Below, one piece after another: positions 20,696 to 31,487 of a stretch of 64,000 nt of DNA. The DNA is from Phycisphaeraceae bacterium (GTDB taxonomy: Bacteria; Planctomycetota; Phycisphaerae; Phycisphaerales; Phycisphaeraceae). Numbering within the stretch: position 1 is the first letter of the stretch; each line of letters opens with the position of its first letter. The stretch spans positions 2,624,001 through 2,688,000 of the forward strand of contig OY771506.1 of assembly GCA_963674705.1 (NCBI GenBank), written 5' to 3'. A program made the position numbers and the translations under genes. The notes beneath the pieces were generated by a model that saw only the letters and a program-made list of their open reading frames with translations, did no database searches and was not told the DNA's origin.

Positions 20696-21544
20696 TTATT
20701 TATAAATCGTCGGCGGCTGGGTGATGTCCGGTTTCGGCTCGGTCGTCGGCGCAGCCGGTGTATCGGCTGCCGGTGCGGCGGTTGCTTCCGGTGCAGCGCT
20801 CGGTGTGCTGCGTGCAACCAGGTACAACTCGACACGGCGGTTGGCTTCCGCGCCGCCTACGCCGTTGGGCACGACAGGCATGAACTCGCCGTAGCCCGCC
20901 ACGCTCATCCGCGTCTGCGGCACGCCCGCCTTCGCCAGCACTTCCATCACCGCGATCGCACGGTGCACCGACAGGTGCCAGTTCGTCGGGTGCTTCTCAC
21001 GGGTGCCCACGTTCTTGATCGGCACGTTATCCGTGTGCCCGACCACGCGGACCTCATACTGCGAAGCCGAAGGCGAATTAAAGATCCGGGCAAGGCTTCC
21101 CAGCGTGTTCGTAGCCCCGGCACTCACCTGGGCCGAACCCAACGCAAACGTCAGGTCGCTGCGGAGCTTGACCATGCCACGCTCTGCGTCGTAGCTCATG
21201 AGCTGCGGGTTCGCTTCCGCCAACCGGCTCAGGGCGTCGTCCAGTTCCGGCGGCAGAACCACCGCACTGGCGTTACGCAGGCGATCTTCAGCGTCATCCA
21301 GGGCCTTTCGCAGCCGGTCACGCTCGGCAATCGCCTGGGCCAAAGCGTCGGCCTCGCTGCCGGCATCGCCCTGCAACGCCGCAATACGGGCCTGGGCCTC
21401 CGCCAGCCTTTCCTGCAGTTCCACAACCTGCTCTTGACTGTTACGGTAAAGTGTCTTCAGGTCGTCGGCCTCACGTTGGGCCACGCAGCCCACGGCGACC
21501 ACTGCCAGCAGCGCGAGAATCGTCCATGTTTTCATCAGTCTCAT
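20696..21544 (-). CDS. OmpA/MotB C-terminal domain lipoprotein with coiled coil
   Basis: Lipobox AVGC; VGHTD, NWHLSVHRA, GYGE and NRRVE. Confidence 0.9.
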   Translation of the reverse strand: MRLMKTWTILALLAVVAVGCVAQREADDLKTLYRNSQEQVVELQERLAEAQARIAALQGDAGSEADALAQAIAERDRLRKALDDAEDRLRNASAVVLPPELDDALSRLAEANPQLMSYDAERGMVKLRSDLTFALGSAQVSAGATNTLGSLARIFNSPSASQYEVRVVGHTDNVPIKNVGTREKHPTNWHLSVHRAIAVMEVLAKAGVPQTRMSVAGYGEFMPVVPNGVGGAEANRRVELYLVARSTPSAAPEATAAPAADTPAAPTTEPKPDITQPPTIYK

Positions 21545-21666
21545 TGGGAGCCACTCCTTGTCTCGTTTTTTGTTAGGCCAAGCGGGATTGTAACGCGTCG
21601 GTTAAGGTGTGGGAAGTCTACACCAGCCCGTTACACTACCTGTCCTCGGGTTTTAAGGTCATCGGC

Positions 21667-22950
21667 ATGAAGCATGACAACGTCACAGTTTATCGGGCGG
21701 CCGCCATCCGTGACGCCCAGGGCACAAACGCCCGCCCAGGCGCCGTTGCCGTCAAACACGGCATGGTCGTCGCCTCCGGGCACCCTGATTCGCTCCCCAA
21801 ACGCCTCCTGCGCAACGCCACCTTCATCGATCGGCCCAGGGACCTGATCCTCCCCGCCTTCGTCAACGCCCATACCCACCTCGACCTGACCATCCTCGGC
21901 CCCATCCCGCATGCCGGCAGCTTCTCCGATTGGCTCAGCAGCGTCATCCAGAATCGCCCGATCGAGCCCAAGCGGATCATCGAGTCCGTCAGGAAGGGCC
22001 TTCGGCTCAGCCGCGAGGCAGCCACCGGACACCTCGGCGACATCGCCGGCTCCACCGCCGCCATCATGGCTCGTCGCCAGGCCCCCAACGAAGCCCTCAT
22101 CCCCGGCGTCAGCTATATGGAATGCTTCGGGCTCGGCGATCAGCAGAACGCCTCCATCGTCCGCGTCGAACGCGCCCTCAACGACCTGCCCTTCGAGACG
22201 CGCATCGACAACCACGACCGCGGCGCAGTGCTGGGCCTCGGCCCGCACGCGCCGTACTCCACAGGCATCGAGGTCTACAAGGCCGCACGACGTCTCAGCC
22301 ACACGCGCTTCTACCGCCTGACCACTCACCTCGCCGAGTCGCCCGAAGAGATCGAGTTCGTCCGCGACGCCACCGGCCCCTTCGCCGACCTGCTGCGCTC
22401 ATTAAACAAGTTCCCCGCCGACCACGAACCGTCAGGCCAACACCCCGTCCACTGGCTCGAACCCGTCCTCAAACACGCACGCTGGCTGCTCGCACACTGC
22501 AACTACGTCGAAGATGAACACATCGAGATCATCCAGCGCACCGGCACCAGCGTCGTCTACTGCCCCGTCGCCAGCGACTACTTCGGGCATCGTGACCACC
22601 GCTACCGCGACATGATCGACGCCGGCGTCAACGTCTGCCTCGGCACCGACTCCATCCTCTGCCAACCCCCCGACGAACCCCAACCCATGGGCATCCTCCC
22701 CCAGATGCGCCACCTCTTTAAGCGCGACGAAACCGACCCCAACCTGCTATTAAAGATGGCCACCACCAACGGCATGCTCGCCCTCGAATTCGCCGAAACC
22801 TCCGCCACGTTACAGAAACGAGCCCCCGCCAAGTTCGCCGCCATCAAGATCGACCCGAACGATCCACTCGATCCGCTGGTGCAGGCACTGACGGGGGATG
22901 AACAAGTTAGGTTGGTGGATGGGACGAAGGTGTTTAGCAATGAAGGATGA
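21667..22950 (+). CDS. Amidohydrolase family metallo-deaminase
   Basis: PAFVNAHTHLD, PHAPYS, THLAES, AHCN and LGTDS. Confidence 0.9.
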   Translation: MKHDNVTVYRAAAIRDAQGTNARPGAVAVKHGMVVASGHPDSLPKRLLRNATFIDRPRDLILPAFVNAHTHLDLTILGPIPHAGSFSDWLSSVIQNRPIEPKRIIESVRKGLRLSREAATGHLGDIAGSTAAIMARRQAPNEALIPGVSYMECFGLGDQQNASIVRVERALNDLPFETRIDNHDRGAVLGLGPHAPYSTGIEVYKAARRLSHTRFYRLTTHLAESPEEIEFVRDATGPFADLLRSLNKFPADHEPSGQHPVHWLEPVLKHARWLLAHCNYVEDEHIEIIQRTGTSVVYCPVASDYFGHRDHRYRDMIDAGVNVCLGTDSILCQPPDEPQPMGILPQMRHLFKRDETDPNLLLKMATTNGMLALEFAETSATLQKRAPAKFAAIKIDPNDPLDPLVQALTGDEQVRLVDGTKVFSNEG

Positions 22951-23057
22951 ATTCTTAATGTGATAAGTATGATTTTCGCTTTGAATTCTTTGATATCCGA
23001 CATGAGACGATTTGAATTTTAGTTTTTTATGTAATCTCACCTAAGTAGGGGGTAACG

Positions 23058-24200
23058 ATGGCAAGTCACGTTGTACGGTTTTTCCTATGCGGGTTGGTGC
23101 TTCTTGCTACACACACGGTCTCATGTGCTGAAGAACCAGGCGGAACCATTCCCGCATTGCCTGAAAAGGCATTGTTGTCTGGCACTAACTTTGTGATTTG
23201 GATCGACACGCAAGCTTTAACCGGGAAGTCGATAGAAGACACCAAGGTCACATTAGAAGCGGTTGGATTAATTGATGCTGAAAAACTGACGCCTGAATCG
23301 GTGAAGCAATACGATGTATGGCTATCTGAATTCGTAAGTATTCAAGAAAATTTCGTTGATCAGGGTGTCAATAGTATTGTCATGTCTTTTGGGACTAAAG
23401 ACCTGCTGGTCGAGCCGGGTGTAATCATGCAAGAAGAATCGGCGGACGAAGATCCTGATGCTGAGGATAATGACAATTCAATCCAGCCGGCTCAATTGTT
23501 TTTTAATGTAAAACCGGGCTGTGATCCATCTCATCTGAAGGCCGTGATTATCAGGAGCGTTGAAGAGACCGGTGAAGCAGACGATGAAGCACTGGCTGAT
23601 CTGCGAGAAGCCGAATTCCATGCAATATCAGATCGATGGATAGTAATGGTCAATGACGACTTGTCCATGCCTTCGACGTCTGATGAAACCGCCAGTGAGG
23701 AAGTTGTGAAACATTTTCTTGATGTTCTTGTGCAAGAAGATGGCGCGGCTATTCGCATGGTATGGATAGTAAACGAAGCAGCTAAGCAACAGATCAACGA
23801 ACTACTGCTTGAACCGGAGGCATTTTTCATCTCAGGTTTATTACAACCTATGCGGTCGCTGGATTCAGGTACCATCGCACTGTGGCCGGGAATAAACCCG
23901 AAACTCAAAGTTTCAATGCGTTTCGCATCACCTGAATATGCCGAACAATTTCAGTCTGGTGTGAATGGCATTCTGATGTTTGTTTCAAATATGACAGCCT
24001 TGGCGGCTAATGCTGAAATGACCGAAGAGCAGAAGCTGGCCCAGCAACAGGCGCTAGAACAAACGAAAGTCATGATGACCTTGTTGATGTTTGATCGGAA
24101 CGATGCCGTACTATCGAAAACCGTAGATACGGTCATTTTAAAACGTATGGCTGAGGTGGGAATTACGTTTAACGGGACTGATTCTGAAACCAACGAGTAG
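23058..24200 (+). CDS. Hypothetical secreted acidic protein
   Basis: 380-aa ORF with a signal peptide and lower GC than neighbours. Confidence 0.75.
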   Translation: MASHVVRFFLCGLVLLATHTVSCAEEPGGTIPALPEKALLSGTNFVIWIDTQALTGKSIEDTKVTLEAVGLIDAEKLTPESVKQYDVWLSEFVSIQENFVDQGVNSIVMSFGTKDLLVEPGVIMQEESADEDPDAEDNDNSIQPAQLFFNVKPGCDPSHLKAVIIRSVEETGEADDEALADLREAEFHAISDRWIVMVNDDLSMPSTSDETASEEVVKHFLDVLVQEDGAAIRMVWIVNEAAKQQINELLLEPEAFFISGLLQPMRSLDSGTIALWPGINPKLKVSMRFASPEYAEQFQSGVNGILMFVSNMTALAANAEMTEEQKLAQQQALEQTKVMMTLLMFDRNDAVLSKTVDTVILKRMAEVGITFNGTDSETNE

Positions 24201-24204
24201 CTTA

Positions 24205-24238
24205 GGTGCCACACTTTGACCCGCAGGGCAAAGTGTGT
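24205..24238. repeat. REP-like family F (GGTGCCACACTTTGACCC..GGGCAAAGTGTG)
   Basis: Inverted doublet of the same family at 32144-32223. Confidence 0.8.
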
Positions 24239-24301
24239 TGTCCCCACGCGTCCTTCATTAAACCGGCTGATGTGATGCGATGATGAATTTTCAAATATTA
24301 G

Positions 24302-24913
24302 ATGCGTAAGCTATTGGTGAACGTAATGCACGAAGCTTTTGCAACAATTAAGTTTGGCCCTTTTCATACGGAGTACCATCGTAGAGCGGTGGATAATGAG
24401 TTCAAAGAAGCATTTAGCAACTATCTTGAGACAGAATTACTGCCGCAAGTCGATGAAGCATATGAAACGACCGAGGGTGCAATAACCTCGCTTGTAAATG
24501 AGGAAAAATTCTGTGGCCCCAATAGCCTTGTTAAGGATGTCTATCAATTTGAATTTGCTTTCATCCGTCAAGGTTCACGAGATGAAGTCAAACTGGAGAT
24601 ACGTCGCGATCTTAAAAACGATGTGTTTATACCAAGGTATCGCCATCGCACACTTTATTTATGGACACAGCGAAGAAAGGAAGAACATGATCGCTTCTGC
24701 CAGGCCATAAATGATATGGTGAAGCGTATTCTCGAAGGCCAAGCTGGGCAGTGGCATTGTCCGGAGTGCAACGCGGCGCTTAGTCTTGTTGATGCCAAAG
24801 CCATGTTTGACCTGCGATGCCCCTCCGGCTGTTTCAACTATAATTACCATCGTAATCCGGAAACAGGCGGATTCTTGCACGGTCACTTTTTTGCTGATCC
24901 AAGCAGCAAGTAG
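24302..24913 (+). CDS. Hypothetical protein with C-terminal Cys4 zinc ribbon
   Basis: CPEC...CPSGC; AT-rich 203-aa ORF. Confidence 0.65.
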   Translation: MRKLLVNVMHEAFATIKFGPFHTEYHRRAVDNEFKEAFSNYLETELLPQVDEAYETTEGAITSLVNEEKFCGPNSLVKDVYQFEFAFIRQGSRDEVKLEIRRDLKNDVFIPRYRHRTLYLWTQRRKEEHDRFCQAINDMVKRILEGQAGQWHCPECNAALSLVDAKAMFDLRCPSGCFNYNYHRNPETGGFLHGHFFADPSSK

Positions 24914-25003
24914 CCGGGGTGCCATCTATGAGAAAGCCGCCTTTGTCAAGCAAGTAGCATGGATCATCGCCCCGTAGCAAGTAGCATGGGTTCCCACTCC
25001 AAC

Positions 25004-25222
25004 GTAGGGTGCGGTTAAGCGCAGCGCAACCCACCACGGATACACATTTACTCTCACACTGCCATTCATTGCAAGCCAAACGCGCTGCTGCCAATTTACT
25101 TCGTTGATCATTCGTGGCAATTCAATAGCTTCCGGCACACGCCCCGTAACATCGCGGTAAATCTATATTTGTTCGCCACTGCTCAACTGTGGTGGGTTAC
25201 ACTTCGCTTATAGCCACCCTAC
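25004..25222. repeat. GTAG-type REP inverted doublet (family G); degenerate CTCTCCC/GGGAGAGG repeat at ~25266-25378
   Basis: GTAGGGTGCGGTTAAGCGCAGCGCAACCCACC ... GGTGGGTTAC...CACCCTAC. Confidence 0.7.
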
Positions 25223-25576
25223 AAACCACGAAGTCCTTTGGTTCGGACTTATGGGAAATCCAACTTTCTCACTCTCCCCCCGGGAGAGGGCCGGCGTCCT
25301 TATACGAACATTTTCAATAAACACACGAAATCAATCCAGCCCTCATCCCAGCTTTCTACCGAGGAAAGAAGGGGCCGGACAATGCGATTCACTTAGATGT
25401 TGCGGATTGGATAGAATGAGCGTGAGGCGGATGCAATACTGTTGGGAACACGAATCGACACTAATAACCATAAATCATCTTTTATGTGTTAATCAGCGAA
25501 GATGAGTGTTCCCTGTATCCTGTTACTACATACAAGGAAATCGATCAGGTATCATTGAACATTTTGAAAGCAGATT

Positions 25577-26617
25577 GTGACGAAGAAACAAATAAAATGG
25601 ACAATCAGGATCCCTTTGTTTGTGGGGACCTTCATCTCCTTGTTCTATGTGCCATGGATTCTGATCTGGGCATGGATCCTGCCGCTACCCGATACGGTGC
25701 AGCAGCAGGTGGATGATGCGATAGGTCTGGGTCTTGATGGGATCATTGTCTATGTGGACGAGGCGGGCAAACCGCCGGCGTTTTATGCGGCGGGCTGGCA
25801 CGACCGGGCGAACAAGATTCCCGCCGATCCACATGCGTTATTCAAGATCGCCAGCATCAGCAAGTTGTATGATGCGGTGGCGATCACCAGATTAGTCAGT
25901 GATGAACGTTTGTCTTTGGATAAAACGCTGGCCGATTACTTTCCCGAACTCGTGGGAAGGATCGAGAATGCTGACAGGATTACGTTGAGGATGATGGTGC
26001 AGCATCGAAGCGGCATCCCCAACCTGACGGACACGCCGAACTTCTGGGTTGATCCGCCGAAAAGCAGTGAAGAAGCGCTTCAGCTCGTGTTGGATATGCC
26101 CGCCAACTTCGAGCCGGGCGAAGACTATGAGTATTCAAATACGAATTATCTGCTGATCACCATGCTCATCGAAAAGACCGTGGGCACCAGCAAATTCCAA
26201 TACATCAAGGAAGAAGTGCTGACGCCGCTGAATCTGACACACACATACGGCTCGCTTAGCGAAGTAAATCTGGACGATCTGATGGGCGGCTACTACGTCG
26301 GTATCGAAGAAGACATCAAGACAACCGACTACGGCTCAATGATCGCCAGCGCAGAAGATGTAGGTATATTCCTGCGGGCATTAAACGATGGTTCATTATT
26401 GAATGAAGAAGAACAGACAATCTATTCTTCCATTTATAAGTTTGAGCATACAGGCCTGATCCCCGGCTACCAGAGCAGCGCGAAGTACTACAAAGACATC
26501 GACACGGTGGTCGTCGAATTCAACAACACAACAAACTTCGATGGCTACACCTGGAACCTGTTGGGTATCGTCAATAATCGTATCGTGAAGATACTGAGGC
26601 GTAGCAGAAACTCGTAA
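25577..26617 (+). CDS. Serine hydrolase, beta-lactamase/D-alanyl-D-alanine carboxypeptidase family
   Basis: FKIASISK (SxxK), HRSGI, YSNTNY (YxN) and HTG. Confidence 0.92.
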   Translation: MTKKQIKWTIRIPLFVGTFISLFYVPWILIWAWILPLPDTVQQQVDDAIGLGLDGIIVYVDEAGKPPAFYAAGWHDRANKIPADPHALFKIASISKLYDAVAITRLVSDERLSLDKTLADYFPELVGRIENADRITLRMMVQHRSGIPNLTDTPNFWVDPPKSSEEALQLVLDMPANFEPGEDYEYSNTNYLLITMLIEKTVGTSKFQYIKEEVLTPLNLTHTYGSLSEVNLDDLMGGYYVGIEEDIKTTDYGSMIASAEDVGIFLRALNDGSLLNEEEQTIYSSIYKFEHTGLIPGYQSSAKYYKDIDTVVVEFNNTTNFDGYTWNLLGIVNNRIVKILRRSRNS

Positions 26618-26946
26618 TATACTGTCATGGCATTGCTGGTCCGAGCCGATTCGACCGCCCGACGATCTGATCATCTCGGTATGTTCTGCGGCTTTGCGCG
26701 CTGCTTGATCAAACGAACCGTACCCGTGCGCGCGCCGTCCAATCGCGACAGGGTCGTGCGCCCAAAAGGTGGTGGAAAACCGGTTGTTTGAAAGCCGCTG
26801 ATTTGCCCAGGCGGATCGGAACTGCTAGCCGGCACTTCAATCTCGCGCCACATTCTGCAAGCCAGTCAAGATTTGTCTTGACTACCCGGACAAACCGGTT
26901 AGGATCGACACATCAAAAGACTACACAAGATTATGAGAGGTTGGCT

Positions 26947-27822
26947 ATGAGGCGTTCGTTGTCTGTGCGATCGTTGCCGGCGGTGGTTGTCTGCGTGTTG
27001 AGTGTTGCGTGGAGCAGCGGGGCGTGTTGGGCTGAGTCGATCGTGCTTGAGTCTGCGCAACTCGGGACGACGGGGCACACTGGCGGCACGAGTATCACAG
27101 CCAATCAGCACGTCGGTTGGCGTTTTCATATCGACGAACCTTTGGTCGTCGATCAGGTTGGCGGACATCTGTTGGCGTATTCATCCATCCTCGGCGACAT
27201 CTATGCCGCGCTGATCCGTTTGCAATCGATCGACAGTTTCCCGCAGGGTAGTCCCTATACTGCAGAGGAAGTTGTCGCGGCGACAACCTTTCGGCCGGGA
27301 TTTCCCAGTGACGAATACTTCACTCCACTTTCAGCGTTGCTAATTCCCGGTGACTACGCGCTGGTGTTTGGTTCGAACGAGTTCGGCGCGACAGGTGAAG
27401 CGGCGATGCATAACGGTCTGGACCAACCCGACATCCCGCCGACGGACATCTCGTCATACATCTTCTGGGGCATCCCCGGGCCGAACAAACCGCCGACATG
27501 GCGGACCAACCTTGCGTATGGTTTGCGCTTCATCATTGAGGGACACAGCCCGATCGATGGCGATCTGAACGGCGATGGTTTCGTCGGCCTGGATGATGTG
27601 GATATCGTGTTGATCAACTGGAACCTGAACGTAACCGCAGGTGACTTGCTATCGGGCGATCCTTCCGGCGATGGTTATGTCGGTCTGGATGATCTGGACA
27701 TCGTATTGAACGATTGGAACGCGGGTACGCCAGCAGACGCAATCGTCTTTATCCCCGAGCCGACGACACTGATCCTGTTTGCTTTTATGGGTTTGATCGG
27801 GCTGGCAGGCCGATCATCGTAG
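26947..27822 (+). CDS. PEP-CTERM protein with dockerin-like domain
   Basis: Signal peptide; GDLNGDGFVGLDD and GDPSGDGYVGLDDLD; IPEP-TM. Confidence 0.88.
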   Translation: MRRSLSVRSLPAVVVCVLSVAWSSGACWAESIVLESAQLGTTGHTGGTSITANQHVGWRFHIDEPLVVDQVGGHLLAYSSILGDIYAALIRLQSIDSFPQGSPYTAEEVVAATTFRPGFPSDEYFTPLSALLIPGDYALVFGSNEFGATGEAAMHNGLDQPDIPPTDISSYIFWGIPGPNKPPTWRTNLAYGLRFIIEGHSPIDGDLNGDGFVGLDDVDIVLINWNLNVTAGDLLSGDPSGDGYVGLDDLDIVLNDWNAGTPADAIVFIPEPTTLILFAFMGLIGLAGRSS

Positions 27823-28167
27823 ATCAGTAAGAAGCAAGTACCATGACATGTTGCCGTAATTGGTTATGCGAATTGCAATTCATCGCGATAGTGCAAGCGA
27901 TACTCAAACCTTCAAACTGATGCACGCATTCGCAACAAGCGGGGCCGACCTTTCTGCTGCACGGGGATATTGCGGATAAGTAATCCGAACGGGTTTTTTA
28001 CAGCCTGGAGCAACGACTAAAGATATTTACTACTCTTTTCACTGTATGTACGAGCGAGCAATCTGCGAAAAAAGGTTGTAAGCTTGAGGCAGATACGATA
28101 GATTGCGTGTCACGCATGAGTATGCGATTGGGCAGGATATAAAAATCAACTGGCGGAGGAGAGAAAG

Positions 28168-28824
28168 ATGCGTCAATATTTATCAGCTAAGTTATGCGCC
28201 GCGCTGGTGGCGGGCCTAATGGTTTCGCAGGTGCAGGCGGATGTCATCAGCACATTTGATACGGATACCGACGGCTGGTTCAAACTGCCCGGTAGTGACG
28301 CCGGTTCGTCCGTGCAGTGGGTGTCCACCGGCGGCAATCCCGATGGGTTCTTGCAATATAACGAGGTGGGTTCCGGGTTCCTCGACTTTGTGGCTGCGCC
28401 TGCGAAGTTCCTGGGTAACAAGGCCGGGTACTACGGCGGCACCCTCAGCTTCGACATCAAAACCAACACGCTATCCAGCCCGACTAACCGCAACGACCAG
28501 GTCAAGCTCATCGGCGACGGCATCGAGCTGCGGTTTGAGCTGCCCAATCCTTCGCCATTGAACGAATGGCATGCACGCAGCATCGACCTTGTCGAGACGG
28601 CGGGCTGGATCAATACCGGTGACAATCAACCCCCGTCACAAACCGAGATGCTCAGTGTGTTAGGCAACCTGACCGCTTTGCACCTGCTGACCGATTATCG
28701 CAGCGGCACCGAGAAGCCGTCATACGACAATATTAAGCTGGTGCCCGAGCCGACCACGGCAGCACTGATCGGCATGGTCAGCCCGCTTGCATTGATACGT
28801 CGTCGCCGTCGCGCAAAGGCGTAG
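28168..28824 (+). CDS. PEP-CTERM protein with laminin-B (laminin IV)-like domain
   Basis: GGNPDG, APAKFLGN..YYGGTLSFD, VLGNLTAL, DNIKL and VPEP-TM-RRRRR. Confidence 0.88.
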   Translation: MRQYLSAKLCAALVAGLMVSQVQADVISTFDTDTDGWFKLPGSDAGSSVQWVSTGGNPDGFLQYNEVGSGFLDFVAAPAKFLGNKAGYYGGTLSFDIKTNTLSSPTNRNDQVKLIGDGIELRFELPNPSPLNEWHARSIDLVETAGWINTGDNQPPSQTEMLSVLGNLTALHLLTDYRSGTEKPSYDNIKLVPEPTTAALIGMVSPLALIRRRRRAKA

Positions 28825-28947
28825 CAATCAACATGGTTATTGTGGATTGCGTTTGGGCAAGCCACAAACCATCACGGCACGGCAGTCAGGATCGTAAATC
28901 AATGGAAGGCATTGTAAATCTGTGCCTGCACGGTTTGATCTGCGTTG

Positions 28948-30711
28948 TTATGGTTCGATCGTTGCGATGAACAGGCCCATGGTGCCGTCCGTGAAGGATA
29001 GCCGCATCAGCAAATCGCCGCGGTCATTAAAGCCGATCGGTTGGCCGTCTTCGCCACAGCCGCCGGGATACAAGTCGACTTTTGCCACGGTACGAAGATC
29101 CTCTACCTCCGGATCGTTATTCACATCGATCGAATCCCATTGACGGATGACCGGCGACCATGTTCCCTCTGCCGACCTGAACCAGACACCTCTGTCCGTG
29201 TCTAGCCACGTGTCTGGATCGTGTAGTTCGCACTGAATGACAAACTGATCGTTGTGGTTCATATACGCCAGAAGCGAATTCATCGAGTATGTCTTCGCTT
29301 GTTCGAGAGATTGTTTGTCAGTATCGAGCAAGATCGGCTCAAGTACGTTCGAGCCGGCTTCCAATCGCCAGATGCCGGGCAGGTACTTCTTACTTTGTGA
29401 CGCCGGGTCATGCATGGTTCCGACGATCACGATCCGTCCTTGGCTGTCAGACAATAGCTGGGTGCAAAACGACATCGAAAGTACTTGTTCGTCAGGCTCT
29501 TGGCCCAAGGTGAAGCGGTCGAACTGCTGTAGTGTCTCCCCGTTCCAATACCAGAGGATAAAATCCGGCGGATCGTTGTCCGGCTTAGTTACAAATGCCA
29601 GGTTGCCTTGGTTATCAATCGAAGTGCGACCTGGAACGGGCCTGATGAAGTAATCGTCAGGCATGCCGGGCACTATCTTCAGCGATTCACCATCCCATAC
29701 CCACATGCCTCTTCGATAGTCTTTATATTCCTGCGATTTGGCACCGGCCATTGCCTGAAACAGAACCTGCCCGGAACGTGTGATCATGGGAGCAACTTCA
29801 AATCCACGGAACTCGACTCCCTCGTCCATGCCCGGCGCCGGGCCACCGGTGCGAGCCAGCAACTTGACCTTGCCGTCCTTGATAAGCCAAATACCATCTA
29901 AGACTTCGCCCGAAGATATATCTTTAAAGCCGGCTTTACATGCGATCTGCCCTGAACGATTTATACTTAATGAATTGAATGCAACATCGGTATCACCGAG
30001 TATATTCCCCGGCCTTGAGTGAACACCCACAAACGACAAGTCCTTATAGCCCGGCACTGGCGCCCCCGACATACTGAGCATTGTCAGCCTGTCCCCGTCA
30101 ACCTGCCAGATCACATAGCCTTGGTATTCCTGTCCGGTATAACGATCCCTGTCTACAAAGCCCCCATATCCCGACACGTTAAGGCTCGCCGCATCGCTTT
30201 TGGGCTTCATCTTGCTCAACCCGCCCAAGAACATGACCTGTCCATCATCGGTCAGGTGCGGGACGCCGAAGCCTGCGCAATAACTCGAGAAGCGAAACTC
30301 GTCGGCGTAGCCTGCCGGTGTATGCCCGTTGAAAGCAATCAGACGGATACCTTGCTGCGGGTCCCAAAGCCAGATGCCATCATCGTCGATCGTAGCATTA
30401 TCGCTTTGTTGCCCCCATGCACTGCATAAAAACGCGCACTGTCCTTGGGCATTGAGCACAGCAAAGACATCCAGGTCGACACGCCCGTCGATTCCGCCGA
30501 ATCCGCCGCCGTATCCGCCGTGGCCGTATCCGCCGAACGGGCCATGCCCACCATATATCCACGTAGGATCGCCAAACACCCAGCCCTCCGGCGCCCCGGG
30601 GACCGGATCACTGAGCATGATGATTCTTCGGAAACGTACCTCTGCGTGTGAGAAAGTCGTAATGCCTAAGAGACAGATCACCGCAGCCAGCAAACCGTAC
30701 GATCGAAACAT
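28948..30711 (-). CDS. Secreted NxxGxxAF tandem-repeat (choice-of-anchor) protein, no C-terminal anchor
   Basis: LNAQGQCAF, INRSGQIA and DNQGNLAF repeats; FNDRGD...FTDGTMGLFIA end. Signal peptide after Met at 30711. Confidence 0.8.
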   Translation of the reverse strand: MFRSYGLLAAVICLLGITTFSHAEVRFRRIIMLSDPVPGAPEGWVFGDPTWIYGGHGPFGGYGHGGYGGGFGGIDGRVDLDVFAVLNAQGQCAFLCSAWGQQSDNATIDDDGIWLWDPQQGIRLIAFNGHTPAGYADEFRFSSYCAGFGVPHLTDDGQVMFLGGLSKMKPKSDAASLNVSGYGGFVDRDRYTGQEYQGYVIWQVDGDRLTMLSMSGAPVPGYKDLSFVGVHSRPGNILGDTDVAFNSLSINRSGQIACKAGFKDISSGEVLDGIWLIKDGKVKLLARTGGPAPGMDEGVEFRGFEVAPMITRSGQVLFQAMAGAKSQEYKDYRRGMWVWDGESLKIVPGMPDDYFIRPVPGRTSIDNQGNLAFVTKPDNDPPDFILWYWNGETLQQFDRFTLGQEPDEQVLSMSFCTQLLSDSQGRIVIVGTMHDPASQSKKYLPGIWRLEAGSNVLEPILLDTDKQSLEQAKTYSMNSLLAYMNHNDQFVIQCELHDPDTWLDTDRGVWFRSAEGTWSPVIRQWDSIDVNNDPEVEDLRTVAKVDLYPGGCGEDGQPIGFNDRGDLLMRLSFTDGTMGLFIATIEP

Positions 30712-30997
30712 ATTGGCCCCCACGTCATTGTGTGCATACCCGGATTGATATTCCTTATTAGAGTGCAGATGCACAACAATTACAAGACATTTATGCTTCG
30801 GTGGAGTTGTTTTTTCCCTCGCGCCTCGACAGGGGCAGCGCAAAATCACTTACGGCCACCGTTGCGGCGGAGTCGGGCGACTCGCGCCGAGCGCAGCCAT
30901 ACAAATAGGTTTTGTTTACAGGGTTCCGTACGGATTAATTGCGCGTGCGGATCTTATTGAATGCGTTGCTGAGGCGCATTACCTACATGCATACGTG

Positions 30998-31201
30998 TTA
31001 AGAAAGACGTTTCCCGGCAGACCACCCGCATATCACAGCGCGGATGATTCCCCAACCGACGAACGCCGGGATCACTCCCAGAATGGGCGGCAGTGAGAAG
31101 TTTGCGTTGCAGCCGAAAAACAATCCCAGCCCGCCCAGTATGACAAACACAATAGCTAGGGCGAATGCGAGAACCGCACAGAACTTGTCGAATAGATTCA
31201 C
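30998..31201 (-). CDS. Small two-TM membrane protein
   Basis: 67 aa, two hydrophobic helices, GGAGG RBS. Confidence 0.7.
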   Translation of the reverse strand: MNLFDKFCAVLAFALAIVFVILGGLGLFFGCNANFSLPPILGVIPAFVGWGIIRAVICGWSAGKRLS

Positions 31202-31487
31202 TCTTTAAGCCTCCACTTGCCTGATGAATCACGGCACGGACGCCGGTCGGCCATAGCAGCAGGCTCCCAACCGGAACTGCTATTGTATGTTGTGAGTTTT
31301 GCGGATCAAACGCATCTGACTGAACCCGCGCCGAGCACAGCGTGCCAGTGGATTTCTACATATCCAGCAGCAAACAAGATAAAAAACTCTTGAAAATTTG
31401 GGTTTGTCGAGTTACATTCATAATCGACAAACACGGTGCCATATCCGGCACAGGAGCATGTGGCAAAAGAGGGATGGAGGGAAGACC

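Noticed and set aside
20666..21670. Long antisense or alternative-frame ORFs (also 35188-36054, 36242-37237, 58874-59821)
   Set aside because: Shadows of well-supported genes in GC-rich DNA, with no motifs.
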